64,000 nucleotides of DNA, from the NCBI GenBank assembly GCA_030141605.1, contig JAQGDQ010000387.1:157225-221224 (forward strand), read 5' to 3'. The notes under the pieces were generated by a model that was not told where the DNA came from, did no database searches, and was given only the letters and a program-made list of their open reading frames with translations. Source of the DNA: Tubiluchus corallicola. Lineage: Eukaryota > Animalia > Priapulida. Made by a program: the position numbers and the translations under genes. This document shows, one piece after another, positions 1-11,038 of this stretch (positions are counted from its first letter, which is position 1; the number at the start of each line of letters is the position of its first letter).

Positions 1-377
1 AATAAAGCTTAAGCGAGATCTATAGTTCATGTGTAATATATAAATATATATCATATGATAGATATATAGTATATAAATATATTTAATATTACATGTAAAA
101 GTGTGTGTATGTGCACGTGGATGCTTACCTGTTGCATGTAATTTTCGAGTGTCAGTTTATCTGATGAGCCATTCGCATTCAAAAAGTATTGCAGTTTATT
201 ACTTCCAGGTCACATTTATACTTTTGACATTCCTGCATGGTAATTAAAGACAGGTTACCATTAATACTGTTGCAACTGACAACTTTAACTGTTAGTTTTA
301 GTTAATGTAAAAATGAGAAATTTTGTGAAAATCTGATATACCACTATTCTATTTTAGTGATTTGCTTGAATATGCAG

Positions 378-449
378 ATGGCACTCTGCATCAGGGCAAA
401 TGTGATCGATTCAAAATTTGCATTCCTTATGGTGGACACTCCGTAACAT
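378..449 (+). CDS. BABAM2: BABAM2 internal exon (GTLHQGKCDRFKICIPYGGHSVT)
   Basis: tatgcag acceptor, gtaagt donor; matches BRE CDRFKLHIPYAG. Confidence 0.88.
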
Positions 450-951
450 GTAAGTCAGCACTAAGAAGTTTATTACATCAGTAAGTCTTTTCATGGTTTC
501 GTTGTGCGCATCCGCAGTTGCTGTAGGTCAAAGGTTAAGTGTACCACAACAGCGTGCGTTAACTACATCTGACACATGACATGTTGTGGGTAAAGCAAAG
601 CCGTCTGCCACATCAGTTTAGTAACTTCATTTGTTTTACATGAACTTTATTTATGCGTTAGTCTGTGCATAAAATGATTTATTAGCGGGATCTTGCTTGA
701 GAACAAGAAGAAATGAACTATGTAAGGTTCTAACTAGTTATTAAAACTGTTACTATTACAACAGAATTGTGGGGCATTGTCAATTGTACGCAGATGCGTA
801 GTCTGATACATTTAACCTTTGATCTTTTCACGATCATCATCAATTGCTGAAACTGTGAAAATGCTTATTGGAGGCATACAAAAACACTCGCTAGATGGCA
901 CTGGCAGGAAATGACACTTCTTGTGTAAATAGCACAGATGTTTTTTTGCAG

Positions 952-1043
952 GGGAAGTGTTATTCAATGCACCTACACCAGAGACTCCGCCTGATTTCAT
1001 TTTTGACGATTTTGATTTTTGTCCGGACCCTTCACACCTTCCG
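952..1043 (+). CDS. BABAM2: BABAM2 exon (WEVLFNAPTPETPPDFIFDDFDFCPDPSHLP)
   Basis: tttttttgcag acceptor, gtaata donor; matches BRE WDIIFNAQYPELPPDFIF. Confidence 0.9.
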
Positions 1044-1780
1044 GTAATAATGTTTGTTTCTGTGTGACTGAGTGTGTGTGACGCTCGTGTTCGTTTGCTT
1101 GAAAATATGCTTTAACAAGCTAGAATGCAATGCATTGGTTTACCAAATTATTGACTTTTTTCTGTCAAATTATCTGAAATTGTCATTTTAAATTTATTGT
1201 TGCTGTGAATCCTTTTTTTGTCGTAAAAAAATTAAATAGCGAGGAGGTCTATTGTGACGCCTTAATATAAAAACTTATGGCACGATAAAAGAACATGAGA
1301 ACACAATCGTGGCAAAATAGACAGCTTTATAGAGTTACTAGTACTTCACCAGCAGACCTTGCAATTTTAAAAGTATCTGGATTTAATTGTTTTCGAAAAA
1401 CTTTTAGAAAATGTGAAACATAATTGTCTCGTTTAAGCGTAAGGCAGGTCTGCTTGTACAGGAACCAACTGGAGGAAGTGTAAAACTGTTATCATTTTAA
1501 CATCAAAAATGATGAAGCTGCTAGATCTTTAGCTTCAGGAGTCATTCTGTCTGCCTATATCAGCTGAATTAATGTACTTTAGATGATTAGACATATAAAA
1601 TTTACACGAAATGTATATTAACGAGTGATAAATGTTGTTGTGGTCTTGATTTATTGTAAAATTATCTTGTTTAGCATTAGCACATGGTGTAAACAGTTGG
1701 TAATGCTAGTGTATGTTACACCTAAGACTTCTGTATTCTTCCTCAGCAGTTTCACGCACGAGTTTTTGTACCGTTTACAG

Positions 1781-1975
1781 AGTCTTGCTGCTTGGAATCC
1801 AAACGATTCTTCATCACTGCTTTCAGTCGTACGAGAGCTACTGGACGAGTATAGACAATACAATGTTTCCAAGCTGCAGCTCAGCCCACAATTGCAGTTT
1901 GAGTACAATTCTTTGGTGGAGAACGCTGTGTTTCCAGCCGAGGGCGTAGAGGTGTACGTAGCTCCTCAAGTATCG
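1781..1975 (+). CDS. BABAM2: BABAM2 exon (SLAAWNPND...LQFEYNSL...VEVYVAPQVS)
   Basis: Lies inside ORF 1625-1996; tttacag acceptor. Donor is gtaaac at 1976, with an in-phase alternative gtatcg at 1970. Confidence 0.88.
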
Positions 1976-2227
1976 GTAAACATGAGCATGATTTAATTTG
2001 CATTGTCGTTGCTGTGTACTACTAAATAGTTTTTGAAATTATTTAAAAGCTGCATTTGTCATAGTCCAGAAGTTGTCAATTACAAACACTTAGCTCGGTG
2101 TCATAATCTTAGAAGTATTTTAACAGTAAAACATAAGTTGTTGTAAATTTTTTATAATCAGTAATTAATTTTTGGTGATATTAGTCTGGAAGAAAATTCT
2201 TGAAGCCTTACATTAATAGTGCATTTT

Positions 2228-2402
2228 GTGTGTATGTGTGTGTGTGCTTGTGCGTGTATGTACATGCATGTGCGTGCGTGCATGCGAGGGTGCATGTGAG
2301 GGGGGTGCATGCGTGTGTATACATGTTCGCATGTTTGTGTACACATGTGTATGTGTTGTGTGCGTGAATACGGGTGTATGTGTGAGCGCGTGTGTATACA
2401 TG
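2228..2402. repeat. Degenerate (TG)/(TGTA)/(TGCG) purine-pyrimidine microsatellite
   Basis: Visible directly; explains the spurious His/Thr-rich and Cys/Val-rich ORFs. Confidence 0.85.
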
Positions 2403-2692
2403 AGTACCGGTGGTACTGAGAAGAAATCAACTGTTTTTTAAATCTTAATGTGTGATATGAAAATGTGACTTCACTGTCACCATATTGAATTGTACTGTGT
2501 CTATCAGTGCAGGATATTAATTCAGCATTGTCATTTGCCAGTATTTTGCAATTCACTTCTAGATGACGGAGCCTTATGTTTCTTTCAAAAGCATCCAAAT
2601 GACAACTTTAGATGAGTTGCACTGTTAAGCCTATGTTGCCAAGACCTAAAACATACATTGTAACTGATTTTTTTCCTTTTTTATTGCTATAG

Positions 2693-2767
2693 GGAAAGAG
2701 TTCACCAGTGTGTTTTCTAATCAAACTTCCGGTGGATTTTGCAAAAGTGCCACCATATTTGCTACAA
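2693..2767 (+). CDS. BABAM2: BABAM2 exon (GKSSPVCFLIKLPVDFAKVPPYLLQ)
   Basis: Pyrimidine tract plus tag acceptor, gtgagt donor; matches BRE FLLKLPVDFSNIPTYLL. Confidence 0.92.
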
Positions 2768-5018
2768 GTGAGTGTGTTTCTAATGCTATAAACAAATACT
2801 TTTTATATGTAGCAGCAACAGTAGTACTCGTTTGTGATGACTAGTAACAACAATAAATCTACAACTTCAGTTTCCTACTCTAGCAGATTTATTTGAATTA
2901 AAGCAATACCCTATCTAATGTTAAATATATCTGATTCTCCTGATAGATATAGGCATAGACATGTTTATTGATCTCTTCTATTGCACATGATCTACTAAAA
3001 ATACACAGCTGATTAAACATATAAAATTTACACAAATTGTATATTAAGGAGTGATGAAATGGGTACAAGAGAAAGGGTAGCAAAACACTATCAGGTCATC
3101 GAGTCAGCTATCCTTCTAAAATTAATAAAATAAAACTATATGCACTGAATAATTACTAGAAAAACAACGACAATTACGTATAACAAAAAACAATATCAAC
3201 AAAAACAATGACAAAGTTAAATTTAAGGAAAAAAGATACAATAAATAGTATATAGTTAACCTACATAACAATAACGTGTTTTAGTTTAGTTTATTTTTTT
3301 ACCATAGCACTGCATACATATACTGTAATTATGTATCATCATTACTGAAAAATGTAAATAAGATATATATAAATTTAGAATCATCAGCTTGACTAATTAA
3401 GTCGATTTGCAAAATTTGCACTCCTTGTTAGATGGCTTTTGCAGGTAAATTTACAGGTGTTTCACATACATGAACCAAAAAAAATACTACATCTGGAAAT
3501 GTTTTGCAAAATCAAATTATATCGATGTCCATTGTTAAATACAGGTATCGGATTGTACAGGAAAAATTTAACATCGAACAAACAAAGAACTAAACAATAT
3601 ACAATTTTATACTATAGACTAGAGCCTAAAATATTAAAAAAGAACAAATTGTTTGTTTAAGATTGACTTAAACAATCATTGAGATAGGAGTCTAATTACC
3701 AGGTATGTTACCGAGACTGAACTTACAAACCGAAAGCGAAATTTATGAAACACGATACTGAACCGAAACATTTCTGCAAAAGCAGCTACTTTTCAAACAG
3801 GAAAAGAGGAAATTTTAAAATAAGTAAAATATTTTGTTTTTTGTTGGTTTGCTTTTTTTGCTGTGATACAAAATTATGCATAAAAAATTCTAATACGTAA
3901 AGGACAAGGAAATTTTGCAGTATTGAGCCTCAAGTTTGATGAAGTGGCTTACCTTTGAAAATGTGTTATAATGTTTTTGGATTTGAGCATCCTTAATGAT
4001 TAATGTTTAAATATCATAATGCCTCATTAAAAATAAAAAATTTTTATTTTGTAGATATTTTGTAAAACTTCACAGTGGTCAGCACTCAAGATATGCCGCA
4101 TTGCTGTGAAAAGCATATCACAAACTGTTATGTAAAAGAAATTTTCGTTTTATTTGAACTAATTTTGTCAAGATTTTGTAGTGGTTTTTGACATCTAGGA
4201 AAAAGAAAATTTAAATTAGGCAAATACTAGTAAAACCTAGGACAAATGCTACCAAAAAATATCCGAATTTTTTTAGCTAATTTATTAAGTTTCGTCAAAA
4301 CCGAAAGTTAACTGAAAGTGCACTCATCTGCAAACTGAAACAAAAACTTGGTTTGGGCAACATCCCTCGTAATTTCATTAGTTTTCCTTTTAGCCATAGA
4401 TGTTCAGGTAGGCAACAGTGTCTACATCTGAGAAACTCATTCTCCCACTCAGCCTTCTGCTTTTTGCATTTTTCCTAAATTGCTCAGCTTAATTGAAATA
4501 TTCTTATATGTATTTAGCAAACTAGCAGCGGTTACCTGGTATTTAAACATTTTCTTTTCTCAGACACACGTATGTGCTGCTAAATATAGTACTGAATGCT
4601 TCATAAATTGATAAAGGTATTTTCTTTGCTCAATTTGCCCACTTACTAGGCCCCTATCACATTTAATTAATTAGACATATTCAAGGCCTTCGTGCTTGGT
4701 ATAACACACCACAGGCAGTTACTGAGACCTTCTGCTATATAAGTGCCATATAACGAACAAGTACAAAGTACTACACAACAACCAGTTGCCGTGCCTGTTT
4801 GTATTTAAGGGCAGTTCATATACATGTAATTAATAATCATCATGTTAAAAATTAGTTAATAGTATTACTAATACACCACAAGTAACTGTTTAAACCGTTC
4901 AGTACATAATCCACATACATAAATTCACAATACAGGTTGGCGGGACATATTTATTAGCCTAGGGCATCGTAAAGTCTTGATATGCCCCTAAACTTCTTTT
5001 ATTAGCAGTTAGAATTTT

Positions 5019-5987
5019 TTACGTTCTCTGGCACTTCAGTACTGCTTTCATTGCTTTCCGAAATGTGGTTAATTGTCCTGCATACACAAACACGTTTATG
5101 AATGAGTTGTTCAAGGGCAGGAGCAAAAGAAGAGCAAAAACCTTTGATATTGAGGGGGTAAAACAAAGCTCGCATCTTAAAAAATGAATCTCGTATAATA
5201 CGAGAAATGGTAACCAAAAGCCAATGTAAAGCACTACTGTAACACCAAAAACTTTAACTATTTTCATTTTGTACAAAAAGTTGTTGACCTCATTTTCTGA
5301 TATAACACTGAGAGAATTTGAAGCTGCCTCAATTGCCCGCTGTTGCTTCAATGCAACTTTAATGATGCCGTAATAGCAAAAAGTTTGCAAAAGCGTAACA
5401 ATTATAAAATGAAAGTTGTTGATGAAAAACATGAATTTTCCAAAATATCCGGTGAAGCTGATGCAGTAATAACCAGTGCTGTTACTCAATTGATAAGTTA
5501 CATATGCAATTGCACTTGTAATTGAGGCATAGATCCATGAAAGCAGGCAAACAATATTTGCACGTTTTTGAGTAACCCAGCGCAGGTAAAGAAAAGGGTA
5601 AACGATAGCTAGGTATCGCTCAACGGTGACTGACAGATAGAACACCACTGAACTGTTAATATTTAACATTAGTAAGCACATGAGGAATGTACAAAAATTG
5701 ACACTGCATCTCAAGTCCATCAAAAAACCTATAGCCAACGTCAGCATCCCAAAACCCGTTAGAGAATCCGCTGCAGCGAGATTGGCCATAAAAAAGAAAG
5801 GTACTTGATGCAGTGAAGGTGTGCGGATGATTGTGGTGAGTACCAAGAAGTTACTGAACAAGGTACCGACACCAAGCAAAGTGTTGAGTGTGGTCGTAGT
5901 TACTGCAGCTGCGTTGTCGTTCATGACTATACATACAATGCCATCACTGTTGTTACTAGTGATGTTGATGCTGTTGTCCTGATTCAT
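5019..5987 (-). CDS. Class A (rhodopsin-like) orphan GPCR, intronless CDS, nested in a BABAM2 intron; adenosine/melanocortin-receptor-like
   Basis: 322 aa from the first ATG (5987). Seven hydrophobic segments, N-terminal NxS/T sites, TM1 SNxLV, TM2 NLAAAD, TM3 ERYLAIVYPF, TM4 W, TM6 FWLPF, TM7 NSFINVFVY, helix 8 FRKAM. Confidence 0.93.
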   Translation of the reverse strand: MNQDNSINITSNNSDGIVCIVMNDNAAAVTTTTLNTLLGVGTLFSNFLVLTTIIRTPSLHQVPFFFMANLAAADSLTGFGMLTLAIGFLMDLRCSVNFCTFLMCLLMLNINSSVVFYLSVTVERYLAIVYPFLYLRWVTQKRANIVCLLSWIYASITSAIAYVTYQLSNSTGYYCISFTGYFGKFMFFINNFHFIIVTLLQTFCYYGIIKVALKQQRAIEAASNSLSVISENEVNNFLYKMKIVKVFGVTVVLYIGFWLPFLVLYEIHFLRCELCFTPSISKVFALLLLLPLNNSFINVFVYAGQLTTFRKAMKAVLKCQRT

Positions 5988-6035
5988 AATCAATTTATAT
6001 CGCAAAAACAATTTTCTCCTCGTCAACGTTCAAAT

Positions 6036-6190
6036 CTACAAGAGTCACAAAATTCATGTTGAGAAAATAAAAAACTGGCTCACATTCTAGCAGCGTGCCA
6101 ACTGCTACAATTAAAATATAACATTTAAAGTTGAGCGATGAAAATTAACATCTAAAACGAAGGATTATTTACAATCGAACACGTACTTAC
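6036..6190 (-). other. Probable 5'UTR intron of the nested GPCR
   Basis: Minus-strand donor CAG|GTAAGTA at 6191/6190 and acceptor actcttgtAG at 6037-6036, about 48 nt before the ATG. Confidence 0.5.
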
Positions 6191-6452
6191 CTGAAAATCT
6201 CGTTGTCAGTGTATATCTACACAATCATTATGTCTGCAGTGATCTCACATTTATCCTGCCTCTTGCGAGTCTAATGATGTCGTTATTTGTGCGATAATGA
6301 CATTTAGAATTTGAAACTCTAAATAATGAACACGGAGCTATTCTCAAGTTGCATTTGAATACACGTTTGTTGCAGTTTGTGCGTAAATTCCCATTTGAGT
6401 GTGACGTAATATGCAGTTAATAATTGTAGGAAAATTCTAGAAAAATACAAAC

Positions 6453-6455
<3 letters not shown>

Positions 6456-6487
<32 letters not shown>
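6456..6487. repeat. (TA)n microsatellite
   Basis: Visible directly. Confidence 0.95.
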
Positions 6488-6490
<3 letters not shown>

Positions 6491-6830
6491 ATTATAATTA
6501 TAGTATCATGTAACCTACCATAATAGGGAATGTGACATTTGGGCATGTCCACTTGGACACTTTGGTGAGAGAAATTTGAGCACTAATAAAATAAGATTCT
6601 AACCTATTTTTTGTCTTTAGTTTTTAAAAATTCTGTATTTTAAAAGTTCAATATTTCCTAACTCTTCCATTTTTTCAAGATTGCTTAACAAACATCTGTG
6701 ACTGGAGACACTTTAAGTGATTGCCTTTGTTTCGTATTAACGAATAAAAAAATGTATTTCAAAATAACTAATCTATGTACGTAATCACTGTTGGGGTTGA
6801 CAGTAATAGTTTCACTGAAATCTGAACATA

Positions 6831-7068
6831 TCACTTTTTCATCCATGACCCATAGGTCAAGGCACTGAAGGTCATGATTTCACCTCTTTTCACTGTTTCA
6901 TCCATGACCCATAGGTCAAGGCACTGAAGGACACGATTTCACCTCTATTCACTGTTTCATCCATGACCCATAGGTCAAGACACTGAAGGTCACGATTTCA
7001 CCTCTATTCACTGTTTCATCCATGACCCATAGGTCAAGGCACTGAAGGTCATGATTTCACCTCTATTG
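6831..7068. repeat. 59-bp tandem repeat, 4 copies
   Basis: Unit tcactgtttcatccatgacccataggtcaaggcactgaaggtcatgatttcacctctat starts at 6831, 6890, 6949 and 7008 with few substitutions and no spacers. Confidence 0.95.
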
Positions 7069-7590
7069 AATTCACTGTGCTTTTGATTACCTAGAAATTG
7101 CATTTTGTTGCAAAGGATGTTGAAACTTCTGACTTTCTGACCTATGACCCACAGATCAAAGGTCAACCTACACCATGCAGTTTGTCTCATCAAGACCTTT
7201 TATTTCATGTACTACAAGGTACTAAAATCGTAACTTGGCACTTCAGACCCGTGACCTCGAGGTCAGGCTCAACCAAACTCATACATTTCAATTTGTCTTA
7301 TCAATACCTTTCATTTCATGTATTACAACACTGGGAATATTTGTTTCCCAGTCACCCAATTTCAATTTTTGCCTAAGCGGTGTCTTCCAGCCTGGACGTA
7401 CATCGTTTCAATGAGACTGTTCATGTGATGATACTATAACCTGCTGTTTTGAAAAATAATTTTATTTGTTAACGTGAAACAAAAGCTGCAGTTAAAGCAG
7501 CTCCCATTACAATAGCAGAATTTTTTACCACAATTTTGACAGCCAGATATGTTCACTTGTTGAATTTTTTTCTTACATTTTATTTTTAAG

Positions 7591-7694
7591 GATCAAGGTT
7601 TGGGAGAAGATGCAGCTGTTTTGCTAGTCACATATCATTCATTTGAGGGCATGAAGGCCACTCCACAGCTTTACTTATCACCTAGTTTAGAGCA
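7591..7694 (+). CDS. BABAM2: BABAM2 exon (DQGLGEDAAVLLVTY...PQLYLSPSLE)
   Basis: tttttaag acceptor, gtaagt donor; matches BRE GEDVALL and PKLYLSP. Confidence 0.92.
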
Positions 7695-7820
7695 GTAAGT
7701 AAAATTCTACTAAACAAGTTGAACAAATCAAATATAATGGCTTATTAAGTCTCTGGAAGACGTTTACTGCGAGTAAACGAAATGCTGTTTTTGTGGCTGT
7801 TACGAAAGTTCAACTAAAAA

Positions 7821-8100
7821 AATGGCTAAGTGGTGATGTTGTGCACTTAACGATCAAAGTTAAGCAAAGCTGAGCTTGGTCAGGAAATGGATTGGTGGCA
7901 TCAGGAAAACTCCTTTTTACCGCATTACCCACCTGCTTTGAGGAATGATGTATGTGCAATTGTGCATTCAGACGTGGTTAAGATACCTGTCTATGTGTTG
8001 TCACATCTTAGAGGATTATTTTTGATGTGAGATGGATACCGGTTTTGCCACATCCATCAACATAATAAAAAGGCACTCTTGCTGAGCTGAATTTCTAAGC
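7821..8100 (+). mobile_element. Degenerate SINE copy with tRNA-like head and 5S-rRNA-like segment
   Basis: tggctaagtggt (A-box-like), then aagttaagc...ttggtcag...tggattggtg resembling 5S boxes A/IE/C. Aligns by eye to 55590-55860. Confidence 0.5.
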
Positions 8101-8308
8101 TGTACAATTCAAACTTTTTATTTGCAAAATAGTAATGTGTTGTAATCATATCCTCTGCCATTTTTGCCACTGATCAATATTTCTGTCAGATCAGACGTTG
8201 CTCAACTTTAAGAACAGTTGTTGAGATACTTGTTAATCTAGACAAGTCAAACGTTTTTTCTTCTGCTAGTGTGTTTTGTATGCATGTGGCATTTTGTTTC
8301 TTCTGCAG

Positions 8309-8408
8309 TGCAATGGGTGGGGCTCCAGGTATCAGAATACCTGCTTACACTATGAACACTTCACTTACTGATTATGTGCCTCAAATATGCGATTTACTCA
8401 AAAACAAG
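8309..8408 (+). CDS. BABAM2: BABAM2 exon (AMGGAPGIRIPAY...LTDYVPQICDLLKNK)
   Basis: ttctgcag acceptor, gtatgt donor; matches BRE LIDYVPQVCHLLTNK. Confidence 0.92.
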
Positions 8409-9279
8409 GTATGTACATCTTTCATAATAGAGTAGAATTTTGTTATTGTAATTTAAAAAACAACAGAGATAGTTTTCTGAATAAACTGTAAAAAAATAAT
8501 TGACTGCCAGAGGTGATTAAAACACATTAGAAGGACTTCTAAGTAGTGCAAAAGGTGCAAACAAGAACAAGGCCTGGAGTAATTATTGCTAAGGTTCATT
8601 ATTAAAGAAATTTATACGGAGTATTTCATAAATTTTGCTACTGCAGAAATATTTATTGCCAGTGACGCAATAAAGTCTGCTTGATTTTGGTCTTAAGTTG
8701 AGCATTGCTGATCCCTGTATTTATTTTGCCTAGTGGCGGGAAAAGCCTGATTGTTCAATCTCTAAATTGAAATGCGCAGAATTGCTGTGCGTACTTTGTG
8801 ACTAAAAGTATGGTGTTTCGTAGCTACTTGTTAGTTCGAGAACTTACTGCTAGTTGTTTCACTGTATGCGAAATGTAAGGATTTTGAAGAATTAATTGGT
8901 AATTTCGTTAAATGTGAAACCATGGCCTTACCCTGGCTATTTATCATGTTGCTTGTCAATGCCAAACTTCGTAAAACAAAATCACCTACTACACTACATC
9001 AACAATGCAACAGTCACCTGTTAAAAACATTTTTAAGGTACCATTTATTTTTTGCTTGTACTTTAATAAAAAATTCTGCCACTGCATTACTTAATACTTA
9101 ATTAACCACTGCAAGTGCATTTAGCTTTACACTAACTGGAGTAATGCCTTGCAAATGTGCTGCCATCTGTCATAAGTGTTAGTAAGTACTTGTAAGTACT
9201 GTTACTAGTGCTACTTTAATTAGATTTTGTAGTTTATTAGCAAACTATACTGCATGTATTTACAACTTGTGTGCTGCAG

Positions 9280-9433
9280 GTGGATGCTTTGGTACAGTCA
9301 TACGAGCAACGTAAAGAGTACATGGCCGCTATGTTGACGCAGTTTGGAAGTTCTGTTATCGAGTACGACATTAAAAACTTTGCCAAGCTCTCCCTGCTGT
9401 TGGAATGGAATGATTTCTGCTTTTTATTGCACA
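9280..9433 (+). CDS. BABAM2: BABAM2 exon (VDALVQSYEQRKEYMAAML...WNDFCFLLH)
   Basis: Lies inside ORF 9271-9486; ctgcag acceptor, gtatgt donor. Confidence 0.93.
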
Positions 9434-10582
9434 GTATGTATAACAAAGTACCTAAAATGCTTACATTCCTTGCCGGAAATTTCTGAAAACGTGATGCCCA
9501 GCGATGTAAAAATGTGATGCTAAAATTGGCAAAAATCGCTTGTCTTTTGGAGTGGTGTGTCTGGAGTCTCTAAAGGAATAGGAAATTTCACAACTTGATG
9601 TTCAATACTCTTCTTGAACTTGACTTTTAGTAAAGTTTTAACTCAGTCAGTCTTCAATAATATTAAAATTCAGTTCTAAGATGAATTTTAATTATGCATA
9701 AAGAACCAGTGTAAGTAAAGTAGTGTTCGTTTAGTCTTTCTTGAATTTTTGCTCCCAAGACTAGTTTTTGTTATTAGTTGACAATAAATAGTTGTGTACG
9801 GGGTGGTACACTGGCATACTAATGTGATGCTGTATTGTTAACTTATATCGCACAAAATCAGTGAACAAGCCTATTATTATTGTTATCACTATTATTATTA
9901 TTATAAAAGTTATTATTGTATCATAACATTGCTAAAAGAATAGAAGATCAAAGCTTGACACTCAACATGGCACTCAATCAGGTTTTGAAGTTTGAATTTG
10001 AAGTTTCACAACTTGGCTTACAAATTTGGTGCCGAAACATATTTAAATATATCTGCATGTGAACCATAAACCATTTCACCTGGTAAGGCATTTTAATATA
10101 GGACAACTGTTAACAGAAAAAGTGGTCCACAGTGTCAGTTTGAAAAAGAGAGGCTGTATGAGAAGCTGAATTTTTTAGACTAAATGTCTATTGTGTGTAG
10201 AATTCTATATGTTGCAAGCAATATGCATATTTTTTGCTTCATTGTAACGGTTCTTTGTTTATGTAACGTACCCATATACCCACTCACTATGGGCACACAG
10301 CAAAATGTTACTTGCCGGGTACAATTCTGTATATTTACTAATATCGTTGAATTTTTTCTTATTGTGAAAATGATAAATTCAATATTCAGTGATGACATCA
10401 GCACAAGCCAATCTGGTTGTCAGGACAAAGTGTCCTTCGACCACAATTAATGCAGTTTTAAGACAAAGTCCAATTCACTTTTAAGTCTTAATTCCTGTTG
10501 CTGCTTTTGGTTTTGTACAGGTTTCTGTTACTCCACTTACCACTAAGTTTGCTGTTTTCTTACCAAATTTTATATCTTTTAG

Positions 10583-10782
10583 TTCATGTTCCAATACAAT
10601 TTCCATCTGTGAAGCCACATATTCAGTTCCAGTCAATCTATCACCAGGTGGGAGGTAAACTGTAGGACTATCCGTACAGCCCCAGGTGGAGCGGAAATGA
10701 GATGGCAACCAGATTACGGAAGTTTATGTTGGATAGTATTGTGGAGTTTCGCAACAGGTCTTGCAGATCCGGTCACATCTGA
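10583..10782 (+). CDS. BABAM2: BABAM2 terminal coding exon, with in-frame TAG at 10663-10665
   Basis: tctttttag acceptor. Reads HVPIQFPSVKPHIQFQSIYHQVGGKL*DYPYSPRWSGNEMATRLRKFMLDSIVEFRNRSCRSGHI, then TGA at 10780-10782. BRE homology continues past the TAG. Confidence 0.85.
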
Positions 10783-11038
10783 GACAAATTTTCGAAGCAT
10801 GGATGTCAATAGAATTTTTCATTGTGGTCTTTCTAAAGGAATGCGTCTTCTAAAATGTAGTTGTGCTATTCTCTGATAAAGCCAGCAAACTTCTATTTCA
10901 CATCGAACTAAATCATCATTTGATGTAACCAAGTGCTCAAAGACATGACACACGTTTTAACTTTACAGTAATAATAATAACATGCCTGGTATAAATCAGG
11001 TTTGAAACCAATTGCAGTTCATTATAATTTTTCGCATT

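Larger units (their letters stand above)
378..10782 (+). other. BABAM2: BABAM2/BRE (BRCC45; BRISC and BRCA1-A complex member 2) gene span, 5' exon(s) outside the window
   Basis: Eight GT-AG exons (378-449, 952-1043, 1781-1975, 2693-2767, 7591-7694, 8309-8408, 9280-9433, 10583-10782) splice in phase. The peptide is collinear with BRE: CDRFKxxIPY, PPDFIF, LAAWNP, FLIKLPVDF, GEDAAVL, LYLSP, DYVPQ, EYD, DFCFLLH, YPYSPRW. Confidence 0.93.

Noticed and set aside
2158-2598. 146-aa His/Thr-rich ORF and overlapping Cys/Val-rich ORFs
   Set aside because: Translations of a degenerate TG/CA microsatellite inside a BABAM2 intron.
5988-6026. N-terminal extension of the GPCR ORF as given in the ORF track
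   Set aside because: It starts at a non-ATG codon; the first ATG is at 5987.
6831-7068. CRISPR-like regular repeats
   Set aside because: The units are contiguous with no unique spacers, there are no cas genes, and the context is a eukaryotic intron.
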